IMG/VR virus record: IMGVR_UViG_3300036783_000183
Location: 1-64,000 of that record
Source: a virus
Taxonomy: Duplodnaviria; Caudoviricetes
DNA: 64,000 nt
Reading direction: 5' to 3' (one strand)
Shown: positions 10,248-20,161 of the stretch, piece by piece
Layout: the number at the start of each line of letters is the position of its first letter
Numbering within the stretch: position 1 is the first letter of the stretch
The notes under the pieces: generated by a model
What the model saw: only the letters and a program-made list of their open reading frames with translations
Told to the model about the DNA's origin: nothing
Database searches by the model: none
Position numbers and translations under genes: made by a program

Positions 10248-11371
10248 GCGGGAGCCCTCCGGCTGCCCCGGATCTGGTGCTGGCTCAGCCAGGCCGTGTC
10301 GTGCCGGCGGACGTGCATCGGGTCGAAGCGCTCAGGCTGGTCGTACAGCGTGCAGCCGGGCCCGTCGTGATCGTGGGCCGGGCACTCGATCGCGTGGCCG
10401 TAGGGCCGGTCGGTGGCGTGGTCCAGGTAGCCCTGGTACCAGGAGTCCGGCTCGCCGCGCATGTCGGCGTCCTCCAGCGGGGACGAACCGGGGTTCCGGT
10501 AGCCGGAGAAGCCCTCCGAGGCGGAGTAGCCCGCGTCGTACTTCGCGCGGTGATGCGGATCGTCGCCGGTCGTCAGGTACGCCATCCGGCGCGCCGCCTC
10601 GATGCCGTGCTCCTTCAGCCAGCGGTCGTCCTCGGCCGAGCGGCCCGGGTCGATGTCAGCCTGCTCGATGCCCGGGACGACAGGATAGGTGTTGCGGGCA
10701 CCGGGCAGACGGGGCTTGTGATAGGGCCACTTGCATTGCGGGCATTCAGTAGCGTTGTCGGGCACCGCTGACCGGCACCGGGGGCAGTCCCGGCTCTGGG
10801 CGGCCTGGCGGACCAGCCGCAGGACCGAGGGCGACATGCCGGAATGCAAGATGGCCAGGTGCCGGATGTAAGCGTCCTCGCCGAGCAGGTCCCCGGCCAG
10901 GGTGCGGTAGCGGCGGGCGGCGGCGCGGGCGGAGGTCTTCTTTTTCGGCGGTGGCGGGCCTTCCGCTTCGTCTTCCGGACCGCCTTCTTCTTCCGCCTCT
11001 TCCCCAGGCTCACCGCCTTCTTCGTCCTCATCACCGAACGGCGGCCCTTCTTCCTCGCCCTCCGCGCCCGGGGGCATGCCCTCGCCGCCCTCCATGCCGG
11101 GCGGCATCCCCTCTTCTCCTTCCATGCCCGGCGGGGGCATGGCGCCCATGTCCGGGCCCACGTCGGTGGGCGCGCCCATGCCCGGGGCCTGGGGCATGCC
11201 CGGGAAGGCGGGCTGGACCCGGACGATGAAGGACTGGCCGCAGAAGGCGCAGTCGATGCCGCCGTCCGAGCGGCCGGTGATCTGCCCGCTGCCGCAGAAC
11301 GGGCAGTGGCTGCACAGCACGGGATCCCCCGGGTCGTGCGCGACCTTGACGAACCTGGGATCGAGCTGCAT
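10244..11371 (-). CDS. Zn-ribbon, acidic/Pro-Gly-rich head-region protein
   Basis: ATG 11371 after GGAGGAGG; CSHCPFCG..CAFCG and CPRC..CPQC motifs. Confidence 0.7.
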   Translation of the reverse strand: MQLDPRFVKVAHDPGDPVLCSHCPFCGSGQITGRSDGGIDCAFCGQSFIVRVQPAFPGMPQAPGMGAPTDVGPDMGAMPPPGMEGEEGMPPGMEGGEGMPPGAEGEEEGPPFGDEDEEGGEPGEEAEEEGGPEDEAEGPPPPKKKTSARAAARRYRTLAGDLLGEDAYIRHLAILHSGMSPSVLRLVRQAAQSRDCPRCRSAVPDNATECPQCKWPYHKPRLPGARNTYPVVPGIEQADIDPGRSAEDDRWLKEHGIEAARRMAYLTTGDDPHHRAKYDAGYSASEGFSGYRNPGSSPLEDADMRGEPDSWYQGYLDHATDRPYGHAIECPAHDHDGPGCTLYDQPERFDPMHVRRHDTAWLSQHQIRGSRRAPA

Positions 11372-11404
11372 GCGGCTGCGCCTCCTCCCTCCTTCCGGGG
11401 CCGG

Positions 11405-11434
11405 TTTTGCATTACCAAGGTTTATTGATATTGT
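11405..11434 (+). promoter_or_regulatory. Repeated promoter/operator, copy 1
   Basis: TTTTGCAT-TACCAAGGTTTATTGATA-TTGT; imperfect inverted repeat TAYCAA-N6-TTGATA; upstream of + cassette. Confidence 0.75.
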
Positions 11435-11466
11435 GGGGGTACACACCGACGAGACGGAGCACCGAG

Positions 11467-12027
11467 ATGACCACCACCACCAAGGACCAGCTGGACACGG
11501 GCCAGCTGAGCGTGCTGAGCGCGGTCAGCCAGCTGAACGGCGAGCGCCGCACCACCAACAACAGCCAGGTCGCGAACCGCGCCCGGGTGAGCCGCACCTA
11601 CGCGGGCAAGACTGTCCGGTTCCTGGCCGGGCGCCGGCTGATCACCGACACGGCCACGGGCAGCGCCCCGCACTGGCGGATGACCGCCGCAGGCAAGGCG
11701 CTCCTGGCCGGAGGCCAGGCCAGCGAGCCGACCGGGATCCCCGCCATGCTCATCGCGTACTTCGAGCGCAAGCACTTCGAGGGCCCGAGGCAGACCCCGA
11801 TGATCACCGAGATCTGGGGCAATGGCACCCCGTGGCAGGGCGTGAGCCCGACCGAGGCCACCTACACGAACATCCGGGCCCTGAAGCGGGCAGGCGCCAA
11901 GTCCCTCGGCATCGTCGCCTACGGCAGCCTGCCCGCCGACTTCACGGTGGCCGAGCTGCTGGACGAGGCGGACAAGCCGCTGCTCGGCGGCGCCATCATC
12001 GGATCACGCACCTGGAAGGCACGGTAA
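11467..12027 (+). CDS. Winged-helix DNA-binding protein
   Basis: QLSVLSAVSQL..NSQVANRARVSRTYAGKTVRFLAGRRLI wHTH pattern; GGAG RBS. Confidence 0.6.
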   Translation: MTTTTKDQLDTGQLSVLSAVSQLNGERRTTNNSQVANRARVSRTYAGKTVRFLAGRRLITDTATGSAPHWRMTAAGKALLAGGQASEPTGIPAMLIAYFERKHFEGPRQTPMITEIWGNGTPWQGVSPTEATYTNIRALKRAGAKSLGIVAYGSLPADFTVAELLDEADKPLLGGAIIGSRTWKAR

Positions 12028-12515
12028 TGAACGAAGAGACTGTCGACTGGGCCGGGCGCACGTTCGGCCAGCTGACCTCGGACGAGCGGCGCCGCGTCAC
12101 GCGGGCCGCCGCCGCCCGGATGCAGGACGAGCTGACCGCCGCCGCCTCCGCGATCGGCCGCATCATGGACCAGGCCGCCGGGCCGGAGCGCACCGCCCCG
12201 GACTTCAGGCTGGGCGACCGGGTGCGGTTCCCCCAGGGCGACGAGACTGGCACCATGCTGGACGGCAGCGTCGTCCGGGAGCCCTGGGGCCGCGAGGGCA
12301 CGGTCAAGTGCGTCAGCATCCGGACCATCCCGGACGAGCGCATGTTCGCCCGGCAGGTCACGGCCGTCGAGCTAGTCGAGACCGTCGAGAGCATCTACGA
12401 GCGGCTGCGGGCCGGCCAGGTGGCCGCTAAGGACATGACCTGGGACGAGGCCGAGGCGGCCGTGGACCTGGCGCAGGGCACCCAGACCCGGGTGAGATGG
12501 AGGAACTGGACATGA
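12027..12515 (+). CDS. Hypothetical protein
   Basis: TAATG coupling; MNEETVDWAG..; GC3-rich codons. Confidence 0.6.
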   Translation: MNEETVDWAGRTFGQLTSDERRRVTRAAAARMQDELTAAASAIGRIMDQAAGPERTAPDFRLGDRVRFPQGDETGTMLDGSVVREPWGREGTVKCVSIRTIPDERMFARQVTAVELVETVESIYERLRAGQVAAKDMTWDEAEAAVDLAQGTQTRVRWRNWT

Positions 12516-12802
12516 GCACCCCCGACCCCGACTTCGCCGCCATCGGCGAGGAAGCCCGGCGCATGTTCGGGCAGCTGTTCCCCTCCCCGGCCCAGGTCGA
12601 GGAGCAGCTGCACGCAACGCTGACCCACGCCCGCGCGATCGGCGGCGGCGCGGGCGCGCTGGCCGCCGGGCTCGTCGAGGTGATGGAGGTCGTGCACGGG
12701 TGGAACCTGCGAGCAGGCGAAGACCCGGCCGCGCAGATCAGCATCGCCGAGGCCCGGAGCGCGATCGTGGAAGCGATCGCACGCGGCATGGGGGAAGCCT
12801 GA
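12512..12802 (+). CDS. Hypothetical protein
   Basis: ATGA overlap, GGAGG RBS. Confidence 0.6.
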   Translation: MSTPDPDFAAIGEEARRMFGQLFPSPAQVEEQLHATLTHARAIGGGAGALAAGLVEVMEVVHGWNLRAGEDPAAQISIAEARSAIVEAIARGMGEA

Positions 12803-13284
12803 TGAGCACCCCGAAGCGGCGCCCGGCCGGGAACCAGGGCCAGCGGCCCTGGCAGCCGATGCAGCGGGCCGTCCAGGTCGTCCCGGACTCGCTGCAGGCG
12901 ATGGCCGCCCGGAAGCCGGACATCGCGGCCATGATCGAGAGCGGCAGCGAGGTCTGGCGCAACGACCGGTACGTCTGCCACGTCCGCCGGAACCCCGAGG
13001 GCGAGGTGACGGTGCTGTCCGTCCGGCGGGACGACCGCAAGGCCATCTGGGACTGGCGGCACCTGATGCTGATCAAGAACGAGATCGCCGGGGAGGAGAT
13101 CGAGGCGTTCCAGATGCTGCCGGCGAAGAGCCGCACGGTAGACAGCGCCAACCAGTACTGGATATGGTGCCTGCCGCCAGGGGTGAAGATGCCGATCGGA
13201 TTCGAGGAGCGGGTCGTGGCCGAGCAGGACCCGGAGTTCCCGCTGTCGAGGCAGCGGCCGTTCGCCGAGGGGGAAAACCTCTGA
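12802..13284 (+). CDS. Conserved phage protein (DUF7694-like)
   Basis: TGATG coupling; LSVRRDDRKAIWDWRHLMLIKNEIAGEE.EAFQMLP..VDSANQYWIW. Confidence 0.55.
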   Translation: MSTPKRRPAGNQGQRPWQPMQRAVQVVPDSLQAMAARKPDIAAMIESGSEVWRNDRYVCHVRRNPEGEVTVLSVRRDDRKAIWDWRHLMLIKNEIAGEEIEAFQMLPAKSRTVDSANQYWIWCLPPGVKMPIGFEERVVAEQDPEFPLSRQRPFAEGENL

Positions 13285-13310
13285 CCGGAGAGGACCTGGC
13301 GGGCTGGGCG

Positions 13311-13619
13311 GTGGTCATCACCGCCCTGGCGGTGTACGCCGCCGCCTGGCTGTTCTGCGCCGCCTTCGTGCTCGGCACCCTGGTCACCGGCTGGGGGCCG
13401 CACGACTACCTGAAGATCCGCGAGGCGCTCGTGCCGCTGTGGTGCGTGCTGGCCCGGGACCAGGCGACAAGCGGCCGACTGGCGGGGGTCCTGGAGCGCC
13501 GCGCTCAGGAGGCCGGAGCGTACGAGCCCCGGCACGCCGCGCCGCCGGAGAAGCGGCTAGCCGACGACCGCGACCTGACCTGGATGCTGTACATGCGGCG
13601 CTGGCCGCCGTATCTATAA
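13311..13619 (+). CDS. Small membrane protein (start uncertain)
   Basis: Hydrophobic VVITALAVYAAAWLFCAAFVLGTLVTGW. Confidence 0.45.
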   Translation: MVITALAVYAAAWLFCAAFVLGTLVTGWGPHDYLKIREALVPLWCVLARDQATSGRLAGVLERRAQEAGAYEPRHAAPPEKRLADDRDLTWMLYMRRWPPYL

Positions 13620-13622
13620 ACT

Positions 13623-13934
13623 GTGAGAAATTCCTTCAGCCTGAGCCGGTACCGGACGGTCGGCGTCATCATCGACCTGCACCAGGCCGAGCTGCGGCAC
13701 CGCAAGCGGCACAAGGGGGATCCGAAGTGTCCCTGCGGCGGGGAGCACCCGGTCGAGGTCGAGGTGGACATGGAGCGGGCGGACCTCGTGCCGGTCCCCG
13801 AGATCCCGGTGTTCCTGGGCATCGGCGAGGCCCTCCAGCGGCTGCACGAGCTGGCGCACCCCGAGGGCACGCTGTACGTCCAGAACTGCCGCGAGCCGGA
13901 GTGCCGGGAGATCCAGGACTCCTGGCTCCCGTAG
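13623..13934 (+). CDS. Hypothetical Cys-containing protein
   Basis: 103 aa, CPCG..CREPEC. Confidence 0.5.
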   Translation: MRNSFSLSRYRTVGVIIDLHQAELRHRKRHKGDPKCPCGGEHPVEVEVDMERADLVPVPEIPVFLGIGEALQRLHELAHPEGTLYVQNCREPECREIQDSWLP

Positions 13935-13941
13935 CCCCCGA

Positions 13942-13971
13942 TTTTGCATTATCAAGGTTTATTGATATCCT
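13942..13971 (+). promoter_or_regulatory. Repeated promoter/operator, copy 2
   Basis: TTTTGCAT-TATCAAGGTTTATTGATA-TCCT. Confidence 0.8.
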
Positions 13972-14004
13972 GGTGTCATCAGCACGACGCACCGAGGAGA
14001 GACT

Positions 14005-15036
14005 GTGAGCACCGAGACCGACACCCGCACCGATGAGCAGCTGGCCGCCGACCCGCACGCGTTCGATGAGAAGCTGGCCGGCCTGTACGACGCCTGGGCG
14101 AAGGCTACCGCCGCCCGCGACCGCGCCTGGGAGCAGATCCACACCGCCGCCGGCGATCACCGGGACTACCGGGGCCGCAGCTCCCGGGCCTGGGGACGCA
14201 CCCACACCGAGGTCGAGCAGACCGTCCGGCAGATGGCCGCTCACAGCGTGCCGCTCCCGGCGTCCATGGGCTTCCGGCAGACCCCGGGCGACCTGCTGGT
14301 AGCGCTGCGCGACGCCGACGCCTCACTGGCCCAGGCCGCGCTGGCCGTCCACGAGATGGAGGCCATCTACGCCCGGCCGGAAAACCGCTGGCAGCGGTTC
14401 TTCCCGTGCACCAACAGCGACGGGCACATCCACGACAGCTACCGTGGCTGCCCGAGCGTCCGCTGGGACACCCCGATGGCCTGGCGCCCGGACCTGTCCG
14501 GCCTGACCGTCGAGGAGGCCGTGCAGATGCCGCCGAAGGGCCTGGGCCCGGCGCTGTGCAGCATCTGCTTCCCGCTGGCCCCGGTCGAGCTGAAGTCGAT
14601 GACCACCGGCCAGGTCGAGAAGGAGCGCACCCGCGCCGAGCGCGAGGCCGCGAAGGCCGTCCGCGAGCTGGCGAAGGCCGCCAAGCAGCTGGCCGGGGAC
14701 GAGCAGTTCCGCACCGAGGGCCGCTTCGGCGAGACCGTCACCACCGTGGCCAGGTGCAAGGAGATCATCCGCCAGGCCATCGACGAGGAAGTCCAGCTGG
14801 AGTACTACAGCCGCCCCGGCGCCGAGCAGGAGTGGCAGGGCGACAGCGAGAGCTTCGCCCGGGTGCGCGGCAACGTCGCCGACCGGCTGGCCGAGCTGCA
14901 GCGGGACGCCGGGCGCGCCGCCGCCGTCCTGACCGGACGCGAGGCCGCCCACGAGGGGTGGGGCGCGACCCAGGCCGCCATCACCAAGATGCAGCAGAAC
15001 AAGTACAAGAGCGCACGCAAGGAATGGGGACTCTGA
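14005..15036 (+). CDS. Hypothetical protein (343 aa)
   Basis: GTG after GAGGAG; first gene after promoter copy 2. Confidence 0.7.
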   Translation: MSTETDTRTDEQLAADPHAFDEKLAGLYDAWAKATAARDRAWEQIHTAAGDHRDYRGRSSRAWGRTHTEVEQTVRQMAAHSVPLPASMGFRQTPGDLLVALRDADASLAQAALAVHEMEAIYARPENRWQRFFPCTNSDGHIHDSYRGCPSVRWDTPMAWRPDLSGLTVEEAVQMPPKGLGPALCSICFPLAPVELKSMTTGQVEKERTRAEREAAKAVRELAKAAKQLAGDEQFRTEGRFGETVTTVARCKEIIRQAIDEEVQLEYYSRPGAEQEWQGDSESFARVRGNVADRLAELQRDAGRAAAVLTGREAAHEGWGATQAAITKMQQNKYKSARKEWGL

Positions 15037-15311
15037 TGAGCGAGCTGCCCGAGAAGAGCGAACCCGAGATGTCCGACGACAAGGCGTACAGCATCGTGCA
15101 CCTGCGCCGGGCCGAGATCGAGGATCCGGCGGTGCGCGCCAGCTGGCAGGCTCGCGGGTACGCCACGCTGGGCCCGGTCGAGGGCCACGACCCGCATGTC
15201 CGGTGCCCGATCTGCTCGACCGACGAGCCGCCGGAGGACTGCGCGCTGTGCGGCCAGGGCCCCTGCGCGTTCACCGGGAAGGCCCGGCGCGCGGCGGACG
15301 AGCAGCCATGA
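15036..15311 (+). CDS. Hypothetical Zn-finger protein
   Basis: TGATG coupling; CPIC..CALC. Confidence 0.55.
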   Translation: MSELPEKSEPEMSDDKAYSIVHLRRAEIEDPAVRASWQARGYATLGPVEGHDPHVRCPICSTDEPPEDCALCGQGPCAFTGKARRAADEQP

Positions 15312-15649
15312 GCCGCACCGGCAAGCGCAGGCGGCGGCACCCGGGGCGGGCCAGCTACCGGGAGCAGGCACGGGCCCAGACGCTGGACGAGGCCCAGGCG
15401 GTCTACCTGGACCACCTGCACCGGGAAGACCCCGGCCAGGCGCGGGACTGGAACAGCGCCCCGCCGCCCGGCCGCAGGCGCCAGGGGCGGCCGGCGATCC
15501 CCCGGACCGCGCAGCGCGGCGGGGACCGCTACGAGCGGGCCAGCGTGTCCGACATCGAGCGCGTCTACACGGGCGCCCCGGACACGAAGCTCTTCTACGT
15601 CACCACCGCCGAGGGCAAGATCGTCATGCTCAAGATCACGAAGGACTGA
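15308..15649 (+). CDS. Hypothetical basic protein
   Basis: ATGA overlap; MSRTGKRRRRH. Confidence 0.55.
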   Translation: MSRTGKRRRRHPGRASYREQARAQTLDEAQAVYLDHLHREDPGQARDWNSAPPPGRRRQGRPAIPRTAQRGGDRYERASVSDIERVYTGAPDTKLFYVTTAEGKIVMLKITKD

Positions 15650-15650
15650 G

Positions 15651-15950
15651 ATGAAGCGCACCCAGCCCTTCACCGGGACGGGCCACCCGCCCTGGTGGCA
15701 GGTCTCGGAGAGCTACGAGCACCGGGGCACGCCGGTCACGCGGGGCCAGCGGCTGACGCTGACGGGCGGGCGCACGGTGTACACGTTCGTGAACCACACC
15801 GTGGCGCCGCCCCGGCCGGGCAGCGGCAAGCGCAAGACGGCGGAGTGGATCACCGTCCTGGGGCCCGCCGGGTACCGCTCGGTGCGGCCGGACCAGATCG
15901 GCCGGGTGCTGCCGCCCAGGAGGGCCCGGCGGAAGCGGGCCCCGGCATGA
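15651..15950 (+). CDS. Hypothetical protein (SH3-like beta-rich)
   Basis: 99 aa, operon continuity. Confidence 0.55.
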   Translation: MKRTQPFTGTGHPPWWQVSESYEHRGTPVTRGQRLTLTGGRTVYTFVNHTVAPPRPGSGKRKTAEWITVLGPAGYRSVRPDQIGRVLPPRRARRKRAPA

Positions 15951-16153
15951 TCATGACCCAGGTCACGGCGGATGACTGGCGGGGCTTCGCGCTGACCATG
16001 ATCGACGCCGGCTGGTGCCCGCAGACGCTGACGCCACTGCGGGACACCGGCTGGTGCACCGACTGCCAGATCTGGTGGACCGTCGAGGGCAGCGACCGGG
16101 AGGTAGTGCGCACCCGGTACCCGCTCCCCGGCGTCCGGGAGCCCGAGCCCTGA
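15947..16153 (+). CDS. Hypothetical protein
   Basis: ATGA overlap; CPQ..WCTDC. Confidence 0.5.
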   Translation: MIMTQVTADDWRGFALTMIDAGWCPQTLTPLRDTGWCTDCQIWWTVEGSDREVVRTRYPLPGVREPEP

Positions 16154-16183
16154 TTTTGCATTATCAAGGTTTATTGATATCTT
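16154..16183 (+). promoter_or_regulatory. Repeated promoter/operator, copy 3
   Basis: TTTTGCAT-TATCAAGGTTTATTGATA-TCTT. Confidence 0.8.
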
Positions 16184-16211
16184 GATGGCTGACACCAACT
16201 GAGGAGACACC

Positions 16212-16703
16212 GTGAACGACAACTACGACAACGCGAAGGACGACGCGGCTATGCTGGCCCGGCTACTCGACGAAGGGCCCGAGGTGAGAATCAACCTCGG
16301 CGAGAGCCCGCTGTGCCGGTGGTGCTGGCGGCCGGTCTACCGCACGAATCTCACATCCGTCCGGCGCTGGAGCCTGGTGCGCCGGGAGTACCCGAGCCGC
16401 ACCTTCAACTGCGACGCTCGCAGCGACGGCGAGGGGCTAAGCCGGCTGCCGCACGAGCCGGCCGGCGCCGTGTTCGCGTCCATCACCGTGCTGATCGCCA
16501 ACGCCGCCCGGATCGCCCTGGCGGCCACGGCGAGCCCGGAGTACAACCAGGAGCGCCTGCACGTGATGGCCCAGCTGATCTGCCTGACCGCCGGGGTATC
16601 CGAGGAGCACGTGCCCTGGGCGATCACCGCGATCATCCGCAAGGCCGCCGAGGCCGACCCCGCGTTCCGCACCGCCGCCGCTGACTGGCCGGTGACCCCG
16701 TGA
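16212..16703 (+). CDS. Hypothetical protein
   Basis: GTG after GAGGAG. Confidence 0.6.
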   Translation: MNDNYDNAKDDAAMLARLLDEGPEVRINLGESPLCRWCWRPVYRTNLTSVRRWSLVRREYPSRTFNCDARSDGEGLSRLPHEPAGAVFASITVLIANAARIALAATASPEYNQERLHVMAQLICLTAGVSEEHVPWAITAIIRKAAEADPAFRTAAADWPVTP

Positions 16704-17122
16704 ACGCCGCCGAGGCCGGCGCCGTCTGGCAGCTGATGCAGGAGGCACTGCACGGCCACGCCGAGCAGCTGCGCCGCGACGCGGCCGGCCGGAGTAACGC
16801 CGGCCCGCACCTGGCCAGCTACCGTGCCCGGCTGCGCGAGGAGCGCAAGCTGGCCCTGGCCGTCGAGGAGATGGTCAGCGGCATCGACCCGGCCACGCTG
16901 ACGGCGTTCCTGATCATCAGCCGGACCCGGCCGCAGGACTACCCGGGCGGCCCGGAGCTGTGGGCGGTCGGCGACAGCAAGGACGCCGACCGGCGGGCCC
17001 TGCTCTGGAGCCGGGCCGGGCACCCGCACCACCGGTTCTCCGGCGGCCAGCACGAGAAGATGTGCCGGGTCTGCACGGGCGACCGCGACGGCCCCCAGCA
17101 CCAGCCGTTCGGCCCGTCATGA
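16700..17122 (+). CDS. Hypothetical protein
   Basis: GTGA overlap. Confidence 0.55.
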   Translation: MNAAEAGAVWQLMQEALHGHAEQLRRDAAGRSNAGPHLASYRARLREERKLALAVEEMVSGIDPATLTAFLIISRTRPQDYPGGPELWAVGDSKDADRRALLWSRAGHPHHRFSGGQHEKMCRVCTGDRDGPQHQPFGPS

Positions 17123-17154
17123 AAGATCTTCGAGCGATACGGAAGGACAGCATC

Positions 17155-17619
17155 ATGAATGACAACTGGGCAGCCGACCTGGCTGCTGAGATCAAAGACG
17201 CCCTGGCGTCTGGCGAGACCCGGGTCATCACCGTACCGAGCGAGCCGCGCAGGCAGCTCGCCGAGCGCGCGATAGGCCAGATGGCGGACAGTGCCGAGGC
17301 CGCTGCCCGCGTCACGGTCGACGTGCAGTCACCGGCCACCGCGCCGAGGCGCTGCTACTGGATCCCGGCCGAGCCGTGGAAGGACACCGGCAAGTGGGTA
17401 CCCAGCATCATCGTCGAGGACGAGCCCGGCCACTCCCCGCTCGCCGGGGATCCCGCCAAGCTCCAGACGCCCTGGTACTGGGGCACGACCTACGCCGAGG
17501 CCAAGGCCACGGCCGACCGGATGAACCTGGAGGACTTCGGGATCACCGAGACGGACATGGCGGCGATCCTGCTCTCCTCGCTGCGGGCCCAGCGGCGTGA
17601 GGAGAACCGGGCATCATGA
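17155..17619 (+). CDS. Hypothetical protein
   Basis: ATG after GGAAGGA; alternative start 17119. Confidence 0.55.
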   Translation: MNDNWAADLAAEIKDALASGETRVITVPSEPRRQLAERAIGQMADSAEAAARVTVDVQSPATAPRRCYWIPAEPWKDTGKWVPSIIVEDEPGHSPLAGDPAKLQTPWYWGTTYAEAKATADRMNLEDFGITETDMAAILLSSLRAQRREENRAS

Positions 17620-18353
17620 CGACCAGCCCGCCCAGCGCCCTGCTCAACCGGGTGCGCAAGCTGCTCGCCAAGGCCGAGGCCGAGGGCGTCACCGTGCCGG
17701 AGGCCGAGGCGCTGACCGCCAAGGCGGCCGAGCTGATGGCCCGCTACGGCATCGACAAGGCCCGGCTCGGCGTGCTGCACCCCGAGACCGACCGGCCAGG
17801 CAGCCGGATCATCGACATCGACAATCCCTGGGCCCAGGTCCGCGCGCACCTGCTGGCCGGCATCGCCGGGGCCATGCGCTGCCAGTGCGTGCTGCTGAGC
17901 ACCTCGCGGCCCGGCGCCCGGATCCACGTCTTCGGCTATCAGTCCGACCTGGAGCGCGCCGACATCTTGTACACCTCCCTGCTGCTGCAGATGCACGGCG
18001 GGCTGGCGCGGACCCCGGTCCCGGCGGGCGTGCGCAGCGTCCGCGCCTGGCGGCGCAGCTGGCTGCTCGGCTTCGTCACCGCCGTGATCACCCGGATCCG
18101 GCTGGCCGAGGACCGGGCCAAGGACGCCGCCAGGACGGAAGACGAGGGCTCCGCCGGGCCGAGCACCGCGCTGGTGCTCCGCGACCGGGCCGTGACCATC
18201 CGGCACAACCTGGAGCAGGCCTACCCGGTCACCCGGAAGACCCGGATCACCTACAGCGGCCGTGGCTACCAGGACGGCTACCGTCAGGGTGACCGCGCCG
18301 ACATCGGCCAGGCCCGGCTGAAGAGCGCCCGCGCGCTGAACAGGGGTGCCTGA
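17616..18353 (+). CDS. DUF2786-family protein
   Basis: LLNRVRKLLAKAE..EAEALTAKAAELMARYGID N-terminal motif; RRSWLLGF..GYQDG C-terminus. Confidence 0.75.
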   Translation: MTTSPPSALLNRVRKLLAKAEAEGVTVPEAEALTAKAAELMARYGIDKARLGVLHPETDRPGSRIIDIDNPWAQVRAHLLAGIAGAMRCQCVLLSTSRPGARIHVFGYQSDLERADILYTSLLLQMHGGLARTPVPAGVRSVRAWRRSWLLGFVTAVITRIRLAEDRAKDAARTEDEGSAGPSTALVLRDRAVTIRHNLEQAYPVTRKTRITYSGRGYQDGYRQGDRADIGQARLKSARALNRGA

Positions 18354-19012
18354 TGGCCAGGGAGTTCTTCACGCGCGAGCAGGCCATCGAGGCCGCCCGG
18401 GACACCGACGCGCTGGCGGAGCTGATCGGCATGCCGTACGCGGAGTGGGCCAACCAGTGCCACGAGGTCTCGCTCCGGCTGCTGAAGACCGGGCGGTTCG
18501 GGCCCGGCCGGGTGGCGCGCGGGATGGCCCACGGCATCGGCAGCCAGCACAGCTGGATCGTGCTCAGCTGGGACGTGTACGACGACGAGGCACCGGTCGT
18601 CGACCCGACCTACGTCGCGACGCTGCGGTCCCTGGGCGCCGAGGGCGCGGAGACGATGCCGGACATCCTGGTCGACGATGCCTGGCGGCTGAGCAACCGG
18701 CCGCACGGGAAAGGCTCGATCTGGGCCTACGGGCGGCCGGCCGAGCCGGCGGGCCCGGTCATCGAGCTGACGCCCTCCTTCGGGCTGTCGAAGGAGACCC
18801 GGCGCTTCCTGAAGCTGCTCGGCCCGCTGGACTACCGGGGCTGGTGCCAGCTGTCCAGCGGGCCCCTGCAGGAGTGGCCGGCCGGGGAGATCCTGCGGGC
18901 CATGTGCGACACGCCGGAGCTGAAGGTGGCCGCGCCCATCGATCACGTCGGCATGGTGACCGACCTGAACCCGCTCGGGCGGTACCTGAACCCGGCCGAC
19001 CTGGAGGGCTGA
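18353..19012 (+). CDS. Hypothetical protein
   Basis: TGATG coupling; converges on 19015 gene. Confidence 0.65.
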   Translation: MAREFFTREQAIEAARDTDALAELIGMPYAEWANQCHEVSLRLLKTGRFGPGRVARGMAHGIGSQHSWIVLSWDVYDDEAPVVDPTYVATLRSLGAEGAETMPDILVDDAWRLSNRPHGKGSIWAYGRPAEPAGPVIELTPSFGLSKETRRFLKLLGPLDYRGWCQLSSGPLQEWPAGEILRAMCDTPELKVAAPIDHVGMVTDLNPLGRYLNPADLEG

Positions 19013-19014
19013 GC

Positions 19015-20118
19015 CTACAGCGCGGCCAGCTCGGCCGCCTCGGCCAGCCCGGCCATGCCCCCGGCGCCCTCGCCCGCACCGGGCATCATGCTCTTCAGCC
19101 CTCTCCATTCCAGGCCGTGCTGGACCATGCCCCCGGACCCGGAACCGGTCCCGCGTTCCGACCCGGGCCCGGGGGAGTCCACCGGCTCGTCGCTCAGCAC
19201 GGACCCGGCCAGGTCGGCCCGGTGCAGGTAGCCGCCCACCACCTTGCGGGCCACCCGGCGGCACTCGCTGGCGGGCAGCTGCGGGTTGGACGCGGCCACC
19301 GACGCGGCCACCGCCTCGACCTGGCGGCGCACCGGGTCACGGCGCGCGGCCGTGATGTCCTGAGCGGGCGTCAGGTCGAAGCCGGACCCGGCCTGGCCCG
19401 CGCGGCCCGCACCGGCCCCTGCGGCCTGCTGGGCGCCCGGCAGCTGGCCTCCGGCGGCCATGCCGTCCGGGGTGGACGTGGCGCCGCCGGCCCCGGCCGG
19501 CATCGTCGCCCCGCCGGCCCCGGTGTTCGGCATCCCGGTCACCGGGGTGCCGCCCGACGTGAGCGCGGTCCGGCAGCTGCACGCGTCCGGCCGCCGGCGG
19601 CAGCTCCGGCACTTGCCCTTCTTGGTCAGCCCGGCCGCGCAGACGCAGCGGCGGGCGGCCGTGGTCCCGGGAGCAGGCTGCTGCTGGACCTGCGGCTCGG
19701 CCACCTGGGTCACGCGCGGGTCCGGGCCGCCCGGCGGGCCCTGGGGGATCTCGGAGTAGCCGTGGCTGAAGTCCGGGCCCTCGTTGTGCTCGTCGGGCTT
19801 CTCCGCGCCGCCAGGGCCGCCCTGGCCGCCCTGCAGCATGGGGGCCACCGGGTCATCACCCTCCAGCAGCGCCTCGCGCAGCAGCGCGTACCGGCGCCGG
19901 GCGGCATCTTCCAGCTCGCCGGGCTCCAGCCCGCAGTCGGCGGCGATCCGCTCGATCCGGTCGCCGGCGTAGGCCAGCCGGTGCTCCAGCTCACGCGAGC
20001 TGGCCGCCTGGAACACGAAGTCGTACACCGCCATCATCTGGGCGTCGGCCTGGGCCAGTGACGCCTGGCGTGCTTCGAGATCGTGATCGGCGCCGGCCTC
20101 GTGCCATAGATCAGACAT
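19015..20118 (-). CDS. Head-region Gly/Ala-rich protein
   Basis: ATG 20118 after GGAGG; MSDLWHEAG..; Cys cluster CVC..CRSC..CSC. Confidence 0.7.
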   Translation of the reverse strand: MSDLWHEAGADHDLEARQASLAQADAQMMAVYDFVFQAASSRELEHRLAYAGDRIERIAADCGLEPGELEDAARRRYALLREALLEGDDPVAPMLQGGQGGPGGAEKPDEHNEGPDFSHGYSEIPQGPPGGPDPRVTQVAEPQVQQQPAPGTTAARRCVCAAGLTKKGKCRSCRRRPDACSCRTALTSGGTPVTGMPNTGAGGATMPAGAGGATSTPDGMAAGGQLPGAQQAAGAGAGRAGQAGSGFDLTPAQDITAARRDPVRRQVEAVAASVAASNPQLPASECRRVARKVVGGYLHRADLAGSVLSDEPVDSPGPGSERGTGSGSGGMVQHGLEWRGLKSMMPGAGEGAGGMAGLAEAAELAAL

Positions 20119-20161
20119 GCCCTGCCTCCCGGAGTTCTCTATCCTTCCGGGGGACAGGGCA

